Shown: piece by piece, positions 7,686-17,436 of the stretch | Numbering within the stretch: the stretch's first letter is position 1 | How the letters are laid out: each line of letters starts with the position of its first letter | The notes under the pieces: model-generated | Told to the model about the DNA's origin: nothing | Database searches by the model: none | What the model saw: only the letters and a program-made list of their open reading frames with translations | Translations under genes and position numbers: made by a program | From: an uncultured bacterium | GTDB taxonomy: Bacteria; Krumholzibacteriota; Krumholzibacteriia; Krumholzibacteriales; Krumholzibacteriaceae | DNA length: 64,000 nt | Assembly (NCBI GenBank): GCA_963813815.1 | Contig: CAWFAD010000009.1 | Coordinates: 6,851-70,850, forward strand | Direction: 5' to 3'

Positions 7686-10600
7686 CTACTCGAGCTTGAC
7701 GATCTTCCCCTCGATATCGATGCTCCGTCCCCCGCGATCGACCCGCAGAACGTAGATGTAGGTTCCGTTCGCGACGCGGTCTCCCGCCAGATCGCGCCCG
7801 TCCCATACGATCGAATGGGGGCTGATGAAGCTCGCCGCGAGAAGATCTCCCGTCCCGAGGGCAAAGCTTCTCACGAGAACGCCGCTCACGTTGTAAATGT
7901 CGATGCGGCCGGCGTCGGCGGCGAGATTCATCGTGTAGACGATGTTGGTCTCGCCCCTGAACGGGTTCGGGAAGTTGAAAACGTCGACGACGAGCGCGTC
8001 CCCGGTGACGGCGAAGACGATGTCCCGCGAGAACTCCCCGGTCTTCACCGTGAAAACGCGCGTTCCCGCCGGGAGCGTGCGCTCGAAGGAGGCCTCCCAG
8101 CGGAGCGAGTCGGCCGGATCCGGGACGACGAAATGAACGCCGTCCTCCGGGATGCCGTCGATGGAAAGCGTCGGCGGAGACGCGAGATAGGCCGGGAAAT
8201 CCGCCGTGACGGTGAAGGTTCCCGTCGGCGGGCTCTCCACGCCCGGCAGTATCTCGAGGTAGTCGTTGTAAAAGAGACGAATCTGCGTCGCGATCGAGAC
8301 CTCGAGCCTCCCCGCCTCTTCCCCCTCCGGCGTCGCCACGCCCCACACGAGGAGCTCGTCGGCCGGATCGATCGTGTACCGCACGTCCGCCCGGTACGAG
8401 CGGGAGAAGGTCTCGTTCGTGTCGAGCAGCGCGGTGATCCCGAGCGAATCCGACCAGCTCTCGCCGTCGATCGCGAGGGAGACCGGCCCGATCGCGACGA
8501 CGTCGCTCGCGGTGAGGCGCAACGCCACCTCGTTCGTGCCGTTTCGGGCCCGGAGCGTTCCGGTTCCGACGGGCTCGAACCCCTCGCCCCAGTCCGCCTC
8601 GAGGCGGAGCAGCGGCGGGCCCGGATCCACCCGCAGCATGGGATCGCCGAGGAGATGGTAGCGCAGAATCTGATCGACCCCGAACGATGTCTGTCCCATG
8701 TGCTCGATCTCGGCCTGGGTAATCATCTCCCCGAGAATCCAGTGGGCCCCCGTGTACTCGTTGAGCGGCGCGACCGAATCGACGGGGGGGCGCTTGAACA
8801 CGTTCTCGATGAGACATTCGGCGAGCTCGGAGTTCTGCGAGAGGTACTCGAACGCGCCGCTCGCGTACGTGGAGATCGCGCCGCCGCCCGGCTTGAAGAG
8901 CAGCTGCTCGCTCATGCAGTCGCCCTGCTGCCCGACGTACGACGAGTAGGAGAGCTCCTGCCAGACGGAGAAATCGCTGATGTGGCAGCCGAACGCGCCG
9001 AAGACGAACGGAATGGCGGTCCGCAGGCTGTCGATGTCGTTGTAGAACTGGAGAGCGAAGGCCGACTCCGTCGTGAGGACGGCGCGGTTCGCGTGCCCCT
9101 GATACAGGTGCAGCAGACAGCCCCTGTTGAGCGCCGCGACGAGCGCCGGCGTGAACGTCCGGCGCGTCAGATCGCGGGCGCGCGAGAACACCTCGCTCCC
9201 GTATTCATCCAGATTGGGATGGGCGGGGGCCGTATAGGGAGCGAGAAAGAGCCGGTTGACCTCGAATCCTCCCGGGAGCGAGCGCTCGACGATGGCGCCG
9301 CAGGAATCGGTGCTCCACTCGAACTCGAGCTCGTACGGACGGTACCGGTAATCGCCGCCGGTACCCGACCAGGCGTCGTCCGAAAAGAGCACGACGCGCC
9401 GGCGCCAGAGGTCGTCCGGCTCGGCGCTCTCGTCGCGATAGAGCTTGGTGAGGAGGGCGCGCAGCTCCACGTCGCGCCCGACCGGGAACCGCCCGATGAA
9501 AACGTCCGGATAGGCGTCGGCGCCCGGATTGCCGTCGAGAAAGGCGTACCACTTGTCGGACGAAACGGTCTCGTCGTCGTACGATCCGGTGACGCTCTCC
9601 ACGTAGCTGTACGAGGGCACGTAATCGGGCGGAGAGCCGCGCAGATCTCCATCCGGGTAGGCATAGATACGCTTGTGATCCTCGCTCGCGTCCCCCACGA
9701 GCAGCACGTATTCGACGCCCCAGCGGTCGAAGGCGTCCTTGATGAATCGCTTGATCGCGGCCGCGTGCGGCCTGCCGCCGTTGTACTCGTCGAAGACGTC
9801 CTCGACGTCCGCGGTAAAGACGCGGTATCCCTGCGCCCTCCGCCAATCGACGTACTCTCCGATCCGCTGCAGGAAATCCCCGTGCGAGACGACGAGCGTT
9901 TGATAGCTCCCCGGCGTCGCGCGAAGCGCGGACGGCGCGTCCACCTCCGCCGCCCGAGCGGGAAACGCGGTTCCGGCGAGACCCCCGAGCGCGATGAAAC
10001 GGCGCGGCGAATAGCTCTCCTCGAGGTTGAGAGCGAGCTTCCACCCTCCGCTCCCGTCCTCCGCGAAATCGGACGCGCCGAGCTCGCGATACACGGGATG
10101 CCGCGCGTCGGTGATCTCGACGAGAAGGCCCGAGGAAACGGTGAATCCGGCTATTTCGATTCCCGCGGCTCCGCCCGCCGGATCGAGCGTGAACTCGAGT
10201 GCGTTCCCGCTCGCGACGAACCGGCCGGGATGCTCGACCGTAAAATCGTTCACGAGGTGCGCGAAGTCCGCGTCGCAGACGACGACGAGCTCGTTCTGGC
10301 CGTCGGCGAGCCAGATGGCCGGAAGGTCGGCGAAGTGAAAGGTCTTCGCCTCCTTGGCGCCGAAGCCTCCGGCGCCGATGAGATGCGTGCCGGCGCCGTT
10401 ACGCAGGCTGAAGGAAATCGTATGGTCGTAGCCGAGCCCGTCTCCCCCCTGGATCCTGATCGTGATCGCCCAAACCCCCGTCGAGGAGGGCTCGTGCAGA
10501 TCGAAGGGGATCGCGTACTCCCGGTAGTCCTTCCCCTTGCGAAAATAGAAATCGAATGTTCCCGGCACGGCGTTTTTCATGAACGCCGTGTCCTCGCGCT

Positions 10601-11735
10601 CCAGCTTCACGGCCCGGTACGACGAGACGGGGACCTCGTAGGAGGGGGCGAGCGGTATCCCGGAGCTCATGAGCGCGCCCGCCGAGCCCTCCTCGAGCCA
10701 GAGAACGTTGTCGCCGGTATAGAGAGCGTCCCGATCTCCCGCGAGCGAGTCGTCCTTGACGCCGAGCGCGTAGAAGTAGAGGCGATCGTCTCCGTCGAGC
10801 ACGCCGGCGCTTCCGCCCGCTCCCTCGCGCACGAGGAGCGGCACGTCGACCGCGCGAACGAAGCCGGGCGCCGCCGCGTCGTAGTAGCGCTTTCGGAGCG
10901 CAATCTCTCCCGGCGCGAGCCCCGGAGAGAGCCCCGCGGCGATGAGGGAGTCGGCGCGGATGACGTAGAGCCCCGTATCCGGCACGCGGAGCTTGAGGCA
11001 CTTCCCCTCGAGCGCCGGCGCGGCGGCGGCGAGCCCCGAGGGGAGAGGCAGACGATAGGCCGAAACGTCGGCGGGGTTGACGAGCAGGTTGCCGTAGAGC
11101 CGTTTCCATCCTCCCGAGAGGGGCGTCTCGACGGCCCCCGCTTCGCCGAGCGGCGCGCGCGGCGCCTCGAAGCTCACCGTGAGAAGGATGCGGCGGGCGA
11201 GGCGCGCCTCCCCCCGCTCGTCGATCGAGAGAGGATTCACCCTCACGGGGAGAACGCGCTGGCGTCCCATGAAGGACGGCTCGAGCGCCGAGGCGAGCGG
11301 CGGCGCGTCCCCCGCGCGCCACGGATCGGGCGGAAGGTATCGCTCGGACGAGGGGAGGCCGTCGCGCCCCTCGACGAGCCGCTCGCCGTACACGCGGGCG
11401 AGAGCCACGCGCCCGAGGCTCTCCTCCTCGAGCACGGAAAACGATAAACGCGAGGCGCCCGCGGCGGGTATCGCCACGTGATACGTCCTGCCGGGGAGCT
11501 CCGCCGCTCCCGGAGGCGAGAACGTTCCGAATCCGTCGATGAGAACCCGAACCGCCCCATCTTCCGCCCGCTCGATGCGGGGGGAGGGAATCGCGATCTC
11601 GAAGGTCAGCGAGCCGCGGCCCGACGAAACGAGACGGGCTCCCTCCGGGGAAGCCGCGGCGCGCCCCGGCATGGCGCACACGACAACGCAGAGGGCGCCT
11701 GCGACGAGCGCCGCTCGACTCACCTGTCCGATCAC
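7686..11735 (-). CDS. Large secreted peptidase C25 (gingipain-like) family protein with C-terminal FlgD-Ig / T9SS-type sorting-like domain
   Basis: Signal peptide ALVAGALCVVVCAMPGRAAA after GTG start with GAGGTGA RBS; C25 catalytic His (LYQGHANRAV) and Cys (FGAFGCHISDF) motifs; propeptide/Ig-like regions; CTD FNFPNPFRGETNIVY...GTYIYVLRVDRGG...KIVKLE. The upstream portion of the 1636-aa ORF belongs to a separate frameshifted small gene. Confidence 0.75.
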   Translation of the reverse strand: MIGQVSRAALVAGALCVVVCAMPGRAAASPEGARLVSSGRGSLTFEIAIPSPRIERAEDGAVRVLIDGFGTFSPPGAAELPGRTYHVAIPAAGASRLSFSVLEEESLGRVALARVYGERLVEGRDGLPSSERYLPPDPWRAGDAPPLASALEPSFMGRQRVLPVRVNPLSIDERGEARLARRILLTVSFEAPRAPLGEAGAVETPLSGGWKRLYGNLLVNPADVSAYRLPLPSGLAAAAPALEGKCLKLRVPDTGLYVIRADSLIAAGLSPGLAPGEIALRKRYYDAAAPGFVRAVDVPLLVREGAGGSAGVLDGDDRLYFYALGVKDDSLAGDRDALYTGDNVLWLEEGSAGALMSSGIPLAPSYEVPVSSYRAVKLEREDTAFMKNAVPGTFDFYFRKGKDYREYAIPFDLHEPSSTGVWAITIRIQGGDGLGYDHTISFSLRNGAGTHLIGAGGFGAKEAKTFHFADLPAIWLADGQNELVVVCDADFAHLVNDFTVEHPGRFVASGNALEFTLDPAGGAAGIEIAGFTVSSGLLVEITDARHPVYRELGASDFAEDGSGGWKLALNLEESYSPRRFIALGGLAGTAFPARAAEVDAPSALRATPGSYQTLVVSHGDFLQRIGEYVDWRRAQGYRVFTADVEDVFDEYNGGRPHAAAIKRFIKDAFDRWGVEYVLLVGDASEDHKRIYAYPDGDLRGSPPDYVPSYSYVESVTGSYDDETVSSDKWYAFLDGNPGADAYPDVFIGRFPVGRDVELRALLTKLYRDESAEPDDLWRRRVVLFSDDAWSGTGGDYRYRPYELEFEWSTDSCGAIVERSLPGGFEVNRLFLAPYTAPAHPNLDEYGSEVFSRARDLTRRTFTPALVAALNRGCLLHLYQGHANRAVLTTESAFALQFYNDIDSLRTAIPFVFGAFGCHISDFSVWQELSYSSYVGQQGDCMSEQLLFKPGGGAISTYASGAFEYLSQNSELAECLIENVFKRPPVDSVAPLNEYTGAHWILGEMITQAEIEHMGQTSFGVDQILRYHLLGDPMLRVDPGPPLLRLEADWGEGFEPVGTGTLRARNGTNEVALRLTASDVVAIGPVSLAIDGESWSDSLGITALLDTNETFSRSYRADVRYTIDPADELLVWGVATPEGEEAGRLEVSIATQIRLFYNDYLEILPGVESPPTGTFTVTADFPAYLASPPTLSIDGIPEDGVHFVVPDPADSLRWEASFERTLPAGTRVFTVKTGEFSRDIVFAVTGDALVVDVFNFPNPFRGETNIVYTMNLAADAGRIDIYNVSGVLVRSFALGTGDLLAASFISPHSIVWDGRDLAGDRVANGTYIYVLRVDRGGRSIDIEGKIVKLE

Positions 11736-11869
11736 GCGGGGTTCACCTCGTTTCCAGGGGCGCTGCGATGGAGAGCGCGGGAGACGGCGAGGAGCCGCCA
11801 TGTCCTGCATTGAATCTATTTTCCCGCTCCCGAAAAGACAAGCCGAAAATGGCGAAGGCCGAAAACGCC

Positions 11870-11895
11870 GATGGGGACCCATCAGGGTCCCCATC
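11870..11895 (-). terminator. Hairpin terminator after small secreted protein paralog 1
   Basis: GATGGGGACCC-atca-GGGTCCCCATC perfect 11-bp stem. Confidence 0.6.
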
Positions 11896-11927
11896 GGCTT
11901 CACTATGCGCACCGAGTAAGAGCGTTT

Positions 11928-12467
11928 AGAAAAGGCTCTTAATTGCGCCCCAGCTCGACTCTTCAGTCGCCACGCCGCACGGCTGGTTGAGATACAGCTG
12001 GGTGAGAATCGTGAGAGGATAAATCGGGATAACCGAGCTCGCAGCTCGCGATCTGGAGAAGGTAGGGCAGGCTGAGCGGCTTGCCTTCGACCTTGATGAT
12101 CGAGGCGGTCGGAGTCGCGATGCTCATGCAGGTAATCTTCTGCGCCCAGACCCAATCCATCCAGCAGCTCGCGTAGGACACGCTGATGCCGGCGGCCCAG
12201 TCGCCGAGGGTGAGGTTGATGTCGGGGTTCGTCGTCGTGCCCGTCGAAATGATCCCGGCCGGAAGGATGACACGGTACTCGGCGGCCCGAATGCCGGTGC
12301 CGTCCTGGTTGACCATGAACACGTAGCAGTCGAACGGCGTGTACATGCCGGTGGCTCACGGAGCACAGGCTGTGCGCCGCATCGCTGTAAAGCCCTACGT
12401 ATTTCGCTGCGTTCGCGGAGCCGGTGATGAGCAGAAGCATCGTTCCAAGGATGAGCGCCTTTTTCAT
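11928..12467 (-). CDS. Small secreted Cys-containing protein, paralog 1 (two apparent frameshifts in C-runs at ~12026-12029 and ~12348-12354)
   Basis: Signal peptide MKKALILGTMLLLITGSANA with GGAGG RBS; reconstructing two single-base indels restores ~75% identity to paralog 2, including the identical C-terminus SWGAIKSLF*. Confidence 0.6.
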
Positions 12468-12691
12468 GTTGTCTTTCCTCCGAACTAGTGTTGCGGCGAG
12501 CCGGTCTCTGATTCTGGCTGCCATGCTAACCAATTTATTTGTTCGCCGTTTCCTTTCCGGATTACTCCTTTCCGCCGTCAAGGCCGCTGAGCTCAATTGG
12601 TAGTTAACAAACCGCTATTTCTGACACACGACAATTGTACCATACCCGGGAAATTTTGTAAAGCGGCATGAGCGGGAAATGATAAAAAAAT

Positions 12692-12718
12692 GATGGGGAC
12701 CCAAATCGGATCCCCATC
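12692..12718 (-). terminator. Hairpin terminator after paralog 2
   Basis: GATGGGGA-cccaaatcgga-TCCCCATC; same stem as the paralog-1 terminator. Confidence 0.55.
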
Positions 12719-12744
12719 ATTATCAATCAGTTAGAGCCGCTGTC

Positions 12745-13278
12745 TTAGAAAAGGCTCTTTATCGCGCCCCAGCTCGTTTCCTCGGTGCCGATAACACACG
12801 AGCAGTTGAGGGCCAGGTGGTTGAGAACCTTGAGCGGGTAGATCGGGAAACCGAGCTCGCAGCTCGCGACCTGGAGGAAGTAGGGCAGGCTGAGCGGCTT
12901 GCCTTCGACCGTGATGAATCCCGGCGCCGCCACTCCGAGGCTCAGGCAGCTGATGTGCTGCGGCCACACCCACGTCTGCCAGCAGGTCATGAACGACACG
13001 CTGATGCCAGCGGCCCAGTCGCCGAGGGTGAGGTTGATGTCGGGGTTGGTCGTCGTGGCCGTCGAAATGATACCGGCCGGAAGAATGAGTCTGTACTCGG
13101 CCGCCTGAATGCCCCGCTCGGGATAGCTCATGAGAACCCAGCACTCGAAGGGCGTGTAGGGCATAACGGTCACGCTGCAGCTGACGCGGCCCGCGTCGGC
13201 GTAGAGACCGACGTACTGCGCGTTCGCGGCGCTCGCGAGGACGAGAATCGCGCTGGCAATCAAAAGCACCTTCTTCAT
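12745..13278 (-). CDS. Small secreted Cys-containing protein, paralog 2 (177 aa, unknown family)
   Basis: AAGGAG RBS; signal peptide MKKVLLIASAILVLASAANA; motifs GLYADAG, NPDINLTLGDWAAGISV, ASCELG shared with paralog 1. Confidence 0.65.
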   Translation of the reverse strand: MKKVLLIASAILVLASAANAQYVGLYADAGRVSCSVTVMPYTPFECWVLMSYPERGIQAAEYRLILPAGIISTATTTNPDINLTLGDWAAGISVSFMTCWQTWVWPQHISCLSLGVAAPGFITVEGKPLSLPYFLQVASCELGFPIYPLKVLNHLALNCSCVIGTEETSWGAIKSLF

Positions 13279-13417
13279 TTCCTTCAACTCCTTCTCTGCT
13301 TTTCGGTGAAGGTGGTTGGATGAGCGCGGATGCGCCCACCCAACCACAATCCCTACTTCATAACTCAACGACCCGATCCACGGTCTGCTTCTTGCGCTTC
13401 GATCTTCAGCGTTCGCC

Positions 13418-14083
13418 CTAGAAGCAGCGGTGCTGATAGTGCGTTCCCATGAGCGCGAAATCGCTCAGGTTGACCGTGTTGTCGTCGTTGAAATCGGCGC
13501 AGGCGTTGTAACCCGTGGCGCCGAGGCTCTTGTTGAACGTGGCGGCAAACGGAATGATATCGGACAGATCGTTCTTGCAGTCAGGCAAGCCGCCAGCACC
13601 GGTCATGTCCGGACCCTTCACGATGATAGCGATACAGAGCGGGTTCGGGTTCGGGCACGGTTTTGCCTTGATAACCTTGCCCTGAATGGCCCACCAAATA
13701 CCGGCTGTGAGAGAGCAACCGCCGCCGGCAACGCGACCGGTGAAGGTCGTGCGGCCGTTGATGCCCGTCAACGAATCGGCAACGACGGGCTGCGAGCACA
13801 GGCAGAACGACTTCGCTGCGTCGCACGAGTTCAGCCAGTAATCCGTCCAGGGAATGCCCTGAATCGCAAGGTTCGAGGCATCTCTCGCTTCGACCCAGAT
13901 GTAGTCTGCCGCGCCGCCGCAGGCAGTGCGGATGTACTCGAAATCGCCGGCCGGGCAAATCGAAAGCTTCATAGTCGTGCAGCTCACGCCAGCGTTGCTG
14001 TAACAGTCATCCACATCACCGGCAAAAGCGGAGGTTGCCATCAGGAGCATCAATGCGAAAGCAACCACTTTTCCTTTGAACAT
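13418..14083 (-). CDS. Secreted Cys-rich protein with dockerin-like Ca-binding motif at the C-terminus
   Basis: Signal peptide MFKGKVVAFALMLLMATSAFA; about 15 Cys; DFNDDNTVNLSDFALM matches the dockerin/EF-hand-like DxNxDxxVNxxD pattern. Confidence 0.55.
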   Translation of the reverse strand: MFKGKVVAFALMLLMATSAFAGDVDDCYSNAGVSCTTMKLSICPAGDFEYIRTACGGAADYIWVEARDASNLAIQGIPWTDYWLNSCDAAKSFCLCSQPVVADSLTGINGRTTFTGRVAGGGCSLTAGIWWAIQGKVIKAKPCPNPNPLCIAIIVKGPDMTGAGGLPDCKNDLSDIIPFAATFNKSLGATGYNACADFNDDNTVNLSDFALMGTHYQHRCF

Positions 14084-14360
14084 CGCGTTAACCTCCTAAA
14101 CCTCCTACAAAGGTTCGGGGACGTACAGAAACAGGCCTTGGGGGTAGCGTCAACCTCCTTCCGCCGGAACAGTGTTGGAGATACCATCACTTACTCGACA
14201 GGGGATATTTTATCATATGCGAAGCAATTATGTCAATGCCAAATGCCGGATTCGGGGGGCTCGCGCCCGGCCGCCCGGGGCTCGTCGAACCCCGGACGGC
14301 GGCGCATTCTAACCTATTGTGGAATAAGTAGATGGTTGGCGTTTGCCGGGGGTGGTCCGG

Positions 14361-17300
14361 CTATCCGGCGGCCCGCTCCCGCCGGCCGGCCACGGTCACC
14401 CCGTCAAATATTGTATAGGCCACCGGAACGATGAAAAGCGTAAAGAAGGCCGAAATGACGACGCCGCCTATTTGCACGACGGCCATCGGAGCCCGGAACT
14501 CGTACCCCGCCGCGCCGCCCACGATCTGCGGAATCATTCCCACGACGATCGCGAGGTTTGCCATGATGATCGGCCGCAGCCTCGTCGAGCATGCCTCGAG
14601 GAGCGCCTCCTTGATCTTTTTCCCCTGCGAGCGCAGCTGAGCCGTGTAGTCGAGCATGAGAATGGCGTTGTTGACGACGATGCCGGTGAGCATCACGACC
14701 GACATGAGCGAGAAGATGTTGATCGTCTGGCCGGAGAAAAACAGCGACACGGCCACGCCGATGAGGGCGAGGGGCAGCGTGAGCATGATCGTCACCGGAT
14801 GCACGAAGCTTTCCATGATGGCGGCCATCACGATGTAGAGGAGCACGATCGCGAGCACGAGGGCCGTGAAGATCGAGGCGAACGATTCGTCCTGCATCTC
14901 GGACATTCCTCCGTGGCGGACCGTGACGTCGCGCGGCACGCCCATCTCCGCGAGCTCCGCGTCGAAAAGGGCGCGGACCTCGCTCAGGGAGCCGGCGGCG
15001 ATGTTCGCGTTGACCGTAACGAGCCGCTGTTTGCTCTTGTGCTGTATCTGCGACTCTCCCGAGCGGACGGCGAGGTCGCCGATCTCCGAGAGCGGCACGT
15101 CTCCCGAGGACGTGGCGACCGGCATGTCGGCGATGAACGCGGGGTCGGCCCTATCCGAGGCCGCGAACTTGACCCAGATCTCGTACTCCTCACCCTTCTC
15201 CCGGTACGCCCCCGCCTCGATCCCCTCGTACGCGGCCCGCATGAGGCCGCCCATGGCGGACGCGCTCACGCCGCGCTCGGCGAGATCGTTGCGCCGGGGC
15301 GTGACGGCGATCTCGGGCTTGCCCGCCTCCCGGCTCGACTGAACCTCGACGAGGCCGGGAATGCGGCGCATGATGCGATAGACGGAATCGGCGACCGCGT
15401 CGAGATGGCGTTGATCCGAGGAGAGCACTTCGATGACGAAATCCGCCTCGCCCCCGCCGGAGAAGCCCGTCTCGGTCGAGAGCCGGATATCGGCGTCGGG
15501 AATCCCCGCGAGCGCGGGGCGAAGGACGTTGAGGAACTCGGTCGCGTGGAGCGACCGGCGCTCGGGAGGAACGAGCTGGGCGATGATGTCGGCGTCCTCG
15601 ACGCCCCGCTGCTGGCCGCCGATCTTGACGACCGTCCCCTCGATCTCCGGACGGGAGGCGAGAACCTCCTCGACGAAAGCGGCGGCTTCCCGCGTGCGCT
15701 CGATGCTCGTTCCCGGCGGGAGCTCGAGGGTAATGATGACGACGTTCTGGTCGACGCGCGGTATGAACTCGCCGCCCACGAATCCGAAGAGCAAGAGGGC
15801 CCCGGCGAAGATGATCGCGGTGGCGAGAATCGGCCATCGGCGCCGGTCGAGAAACCGCCCGAGGACGCGGCGGTAGCGCGCGGAAAGGGCGTCGTAGAAG
15901 CCGTCCCACTTCCGGCAGAGCGTCGCGAACCGCCCGCAGGCCGCGCCGCTGCGCTCCTGCGCCTGCGGCTTGATGAGGCGCGCCGAGAGCATCGGAACGA
16001 TCGTGTAGCTCACGACGATGGAAAAGATCGTCGCGTAAACGACCGTGAGGCCGAACTGGACGAAGAACCTCCCGATGATGCCGCTCATGAACGCGATCGG
16101 CGTGAAGACGACGATGTTCGTGAGCGTCGAGGCCGCGACCGCCACGGCGACCTCGGAGGTTCCCTTGACGGCCGCCTCCTCGGGATCCATGCCGAGGTGG
16201 ACGTGCCGGGTGATGTTCTCGATGATGACGATCGAATTCGTCACGAGCGTCCCGATCGAAATGCCGAGTCCGAGGAGCGACATGACGTTGAGCGAGAACC
16301 CGGACCGCTCCATGAGGAGGAAGGTCGCCACCACGGAGACGGGCATCGAAAGCGCCGCGACGAGCGTCTGCTGCCAGTTGTGGAGAAAGATGAGGAGGAG
16401 GAGCGCCGTGAGCACGATTCCGATCATCACGTTGCCGAGCACGTCGCTCACGGCCGCCTTGACGAAGGGAGCGGAGTCGTTCGTGATCTTGACGTCGATG
16501 TCGTCATCGAGCGTTTTCCGCAGCTCGTCGAGGGCGGCGTACACGTCTTCGGCGACCTGAACGGTGTTGCCGTCGGACCGCTTGATGATCGAGAGCCCGA
16601 TGACCGATTTGCCGTTGTACGTGGACGACTCCCGGAGCTCCTCGACCGTATCGAGCACCTCCGCCACCTCCGAGAGCGGCACGGTGCCGCCCGAGCGGAG
16701 CGGCAGCCGGAGCCCGGCGATCTCGCCGGGGCTCGACACCTCGCCCATCATGCGGAGCGTGATCTCTCGGGGGCCCCGCGTGATGTGTCCAGCGGGAACG
16801 TTCACGTTCTCGGCGGCGATCGCGCCGACGACGTCGAGAAGGCTCAGACCGTACGCGCGCAGCTTCGCCGGCGAAACCTCGACGCGGATCTGACGCTCGC
16901 GCTTGCCGGTGACGTCGACCGAGGCCACGCCGTTCACGCGGCTGAGGCGCTCCCGGATCACCTTGTCCGCCACCCGGTAGATATCCTCGAGCGGGCGCGG
17001 CGCGGAGACGGCGATCTCGATAACGGGGTAGGCGCTGAAGTCGAACTTGCTGATGGCCGACGCTTCGGCGTTCTCCGGCATGTCGTACTGGATCGCGTCG
17101 ACCTTGTCCTTCACGTCGATCGCGTCGAGGTCGACGTTGGTCTCGAGCTCGAACTCGATGAAGACCTGCGAGAGGTTCTCCTGCGAGATCGAGGTGAGGG
17201 TCTTCACGTTGGCGATCGTCGAGACGGCGTCCTCGATCTTCTTCGTGACCTGCGTCTCGACCTCGCCCGGCGAGGCCCCCGGGTAAACCGTCGTGACGAT

Positions 17301-17435
17301 AACGAAGGGAAACTCGATGTTCGGCATGAGCTCGATCGGCATGCGCCCGTACGAATAGAGTCCGAGCACGATGAACGCGAGCGTGATCATCGTCGTGAGG
17401 ACCGGGCGCTTGACGAAGATGCGAATGATGTTCAT
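14361..17435 (-). CDS. RND (HAE1/AcrB-family) efflux transporter, inner-membrane pump
   Basis: 1024 aa; 12-TM AcrB architecture; N-terminus MNIIRIFVKRPVLTTMITLAFIVLGLYSY. Confidence 0.9.
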   Translation of the reverse strand: MNIIRIFVKRPVLTTMITLAFIVLGLYSYGRMPIELMPNIEFPFVIVTTVYPGASPGEVETQVTKKIEDAVSTIANVKTLTSISQENLSQVFIEFELETNVDLDAIDVKDKVDAIQYDMPENAEASAISKFDFSAYPVIEIAVSAPRPLEDIYRVADKVIRERLSRVNGVASVDVTGKRERQIRVEVSPAKLRAYGLSLLDVVGAIAAENVNVPAGHITRGPREITLRMMGEVSSPGEIAGLRLPLRSGGTVPLSEVAEVLDTVEELRESSTYNGKSVIGLSIIKRSDGNTVQVAEDVYAALDELRKTLDDDIDVKITNDSAPFVKAAVSDVLGNVMIGIVLTALLLLIFLHNWQQTLVAALSMPVSVVATFLLMERSGFSLNVMSLLGLGISIGTLVTNSIVIIENITRHVHLGMDPEEAAVKGTSEVAVAVAASTLTNIVVFTPIAFMSGIIGRFFVQFGLTVVYATIFSIVVSYTIVPMLSARLIKPQAQERSGAACGRFATLCRKWDGFYDALSARYRRVLGRFLDRRRWPILATAIIFAGALLLFGFVGGEFIPRVDQNVVIITLELPPGTSIERTREAAAFVEEVLASRPEIEGTVVKIGGQQRGVEDADIIAQLVPPERRSLHATEFLNVLRPALAGIPDADIRLSTETGFSGGGEADFVIEVLSSDQRHLDAVADSVYRIMRRIPGLVEVQSSREAGKPEIAVTPRRNDLAERGVSASAMGGLMRAAYEGIEAGAYREKGEEYEIWVKFAASDRADPAFIADMPVATSSGDVPLSEIGDLAVRSGESQIQHKSKQRLVTVNANIAAGSLSEVRALFDAELAEMGVPRDVTVRHGGMSEMQDESFASIFTALVLAIVLLYIVMAAIMESFVHPVTIMLTLPLALIGVAVSLFFSGQTINIFSLMSVVMLTGIVVNNAILMLDYTAQLRSQGKKIKEALLEACSTRLRPIIMANLAIVVGMIPQIVGGAAGYEFRAPMAVVQIGGVVISAFFTLFIVPVAYTIFDGVTVAGRRERAAG

Positions 17436-17436
17436 C

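Noticed and set aside
6851-7864. Upstream 100 codons of the 337-aa ORF (MPSGREIF...)
   Set aside because: Ser/Arg-rich, and it overlaps the 3' end of the C25 peptidase gene. A TTG start with GGAGG RBS at 7561 is more plausible.
7323-11447. 1374-aa + strand ORF
   Set aside because: Antisense to the C25 peptidase gene; no domain signatures.
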